A stretch of 64,000 nt of DNA from a virus (lineage: Duplodnaviria > Heunggongvirae > Uroviricota > Caudoviricetes): IMG/VR virus record IMGVR_UViG_3300024246_000004, positions 27,446 to 91,445 of that record; one strand, 5' to 3'. Made by a program: the position numbers and the translations under genes. Shown here piece by piece: positions 63,401 to 64,000 of this stretch. Position 1 is the first letter of the stretch. Each line of letters opens with the position of its first letter. The notes under the pieces are model-generated. The model was not told the origin of the DNA and did not search any database. It saw nothing but the letters and a program-made list of their open reading frames with translations.

Positions 63401-63676
63401 ATGGCCGTTGGCTCACAGCAGTACACCGTGGCCACCGGCCCCACGCTGATCGCCTCTGCCCCCGGGGACGCGCTTCCCGGGGGCACGCCGTCGCCGTCGG
63501 CGTGGGTGACCGTCAACAACACCGGCGCGACTGCTTACCTCGGCGGCTCGAACGTGTCGGCTTCCAACGGGATGCCGATGCTCACCGCCACCACGCAGTC
63601 TTTCGCCCTGTTCCCCGGCGACCAGCTGTACGCGTTCTGCGCGACCAGCTCAGTGGTCTCCGTCCTCCAGACGTAG
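63401..63676 (+). CDS. Hypothetical structural protein
   Basis: ORF in the structural unit. Confidence 0.45.
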   Translation: MAVGSQQYTVATGPTLIASAPGDALPGGTPSPSAWVTVNNTGATAYLGGSNVSASNGMPMLTATTQSFALFPGDQLYAFCATSSVVSVLQT

Positions 63677-63685
63677 GAGTCGCTT

Positions 63686-63982
63686 GTGACGCGAGTTCAG
63701 CTGCCGCCCGGTTGTTACGGCGTCGAAGGAGTCAACGGCCAGAAGTACTCGGCGAGGCCCGGCGGGACGCTCGACGTCCCGCAGCACGTCGCCGACCGCA
63801 TCAGCAAGTCAACCGCTGGCGCAACCGGTGTCCTTCGCGGCGGCGAGCTGCTCTCGCTGGGCACCAAGCGCGGGCGGCTGTGCCGCGACTGCCGCCGCAT
63901 GTGGCAGGCGTGGAGCACTACCTGTCCGCGCTGCGGTGAACCCACCGAGGCGGACCACGAATCCGAAGAGGTGGAAGTATGA
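63686..63982 (+). CDS. Hypothetical protein with C-terminal Zn-ribbon
   Basis: SD AGGAGTCGCTT then GTG; CRDCRR...CPRCG. Confidence 0.45.
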   Translation: MTRVQLPPGCYGVEGVNGQKYSARPGGTLDVPQHVADRISKSTAGATGVLRGGELLSLGTKRGRLCRDCRRMWQAWSTTCPRCGEPTEADHESEEVEV

Positions 63983-64000
63983 CTATTTACGCCCCCACGG
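63979..64000 (+). CDS. 5-prime end of an ORF running out of the window
   Basis: ATG overlaps the upstream stop (ATGA). Confidence 0.3.

Overview
High-GC (~65-70%) sequence with the gene content of a large tailed actinobacteriophage or prophage: terminase small and large subunits, a portal-MuF-ParB fusion, a prohead protease-scaffold fusion, a putative major capsid protein, and many small cysteine-rich or membrane ORFs with tight start/stop overlaps. The most striking content is translation-related. (1) A ~9 kb array (about 1090-9995) of at least 35 plus-strand tRNA genes, hand-folded from the sequence. It is interrupted by four HNH/endonuclease-VII genes, by tRNA 5-prime-half fragments sitting directly upstream of two HNH paralogs, and by two tandem small ORFs ending in an FXSXX-COOH motif (FxsA-like RiPP precursor candidates). 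(2) A leftward RNA repair island at about 43-54 kb: polynucleotide kinase-phosphatase, two RNA ligases of different families (KxDG and KIHGT motifs), a Thg1-like 3-prime-5-prime nucleotidyltransferase, a pol-beta-type nucleotidyltransferase, and a metallophosphoesterase. (3) An ArfB/RF-1-domain GGQ protein at 31 kb and an rplM-rpsI (L13-S9) operon at 39.4-40.3 kb. Regulatory architecture is highly stereotyped. The leftward 12-23.5 kb block is driven by at least 6 near-identical sigma70-like promoters (TTGACGCATCAC-N17-TA[A/G]CGT). A short motif TAACGTATC (or its complement GATACGTTA) recurs at about 25 intergenic sites across the window, in both orientations and often beside strong hairpins. 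Other non-genic structure includes a GGCTCCTTC repeat cluster at the convergent junction at 11.9-12.1 kb, a ~1 kb repeat-dense non-coding region downstream of the terminase, a 20-bp perfect palindrome in a divergent AT-rich control region at 28.1 kb, and a 26-bp perfect palindrome at 12.7 kb. All calls come from reading the sequence and the ORF track. tRNA isotypes and coordinates are from manual cloverleaf folding and may be off by 1-2 nt. Protein functions are inferred from recognisable motifs only.
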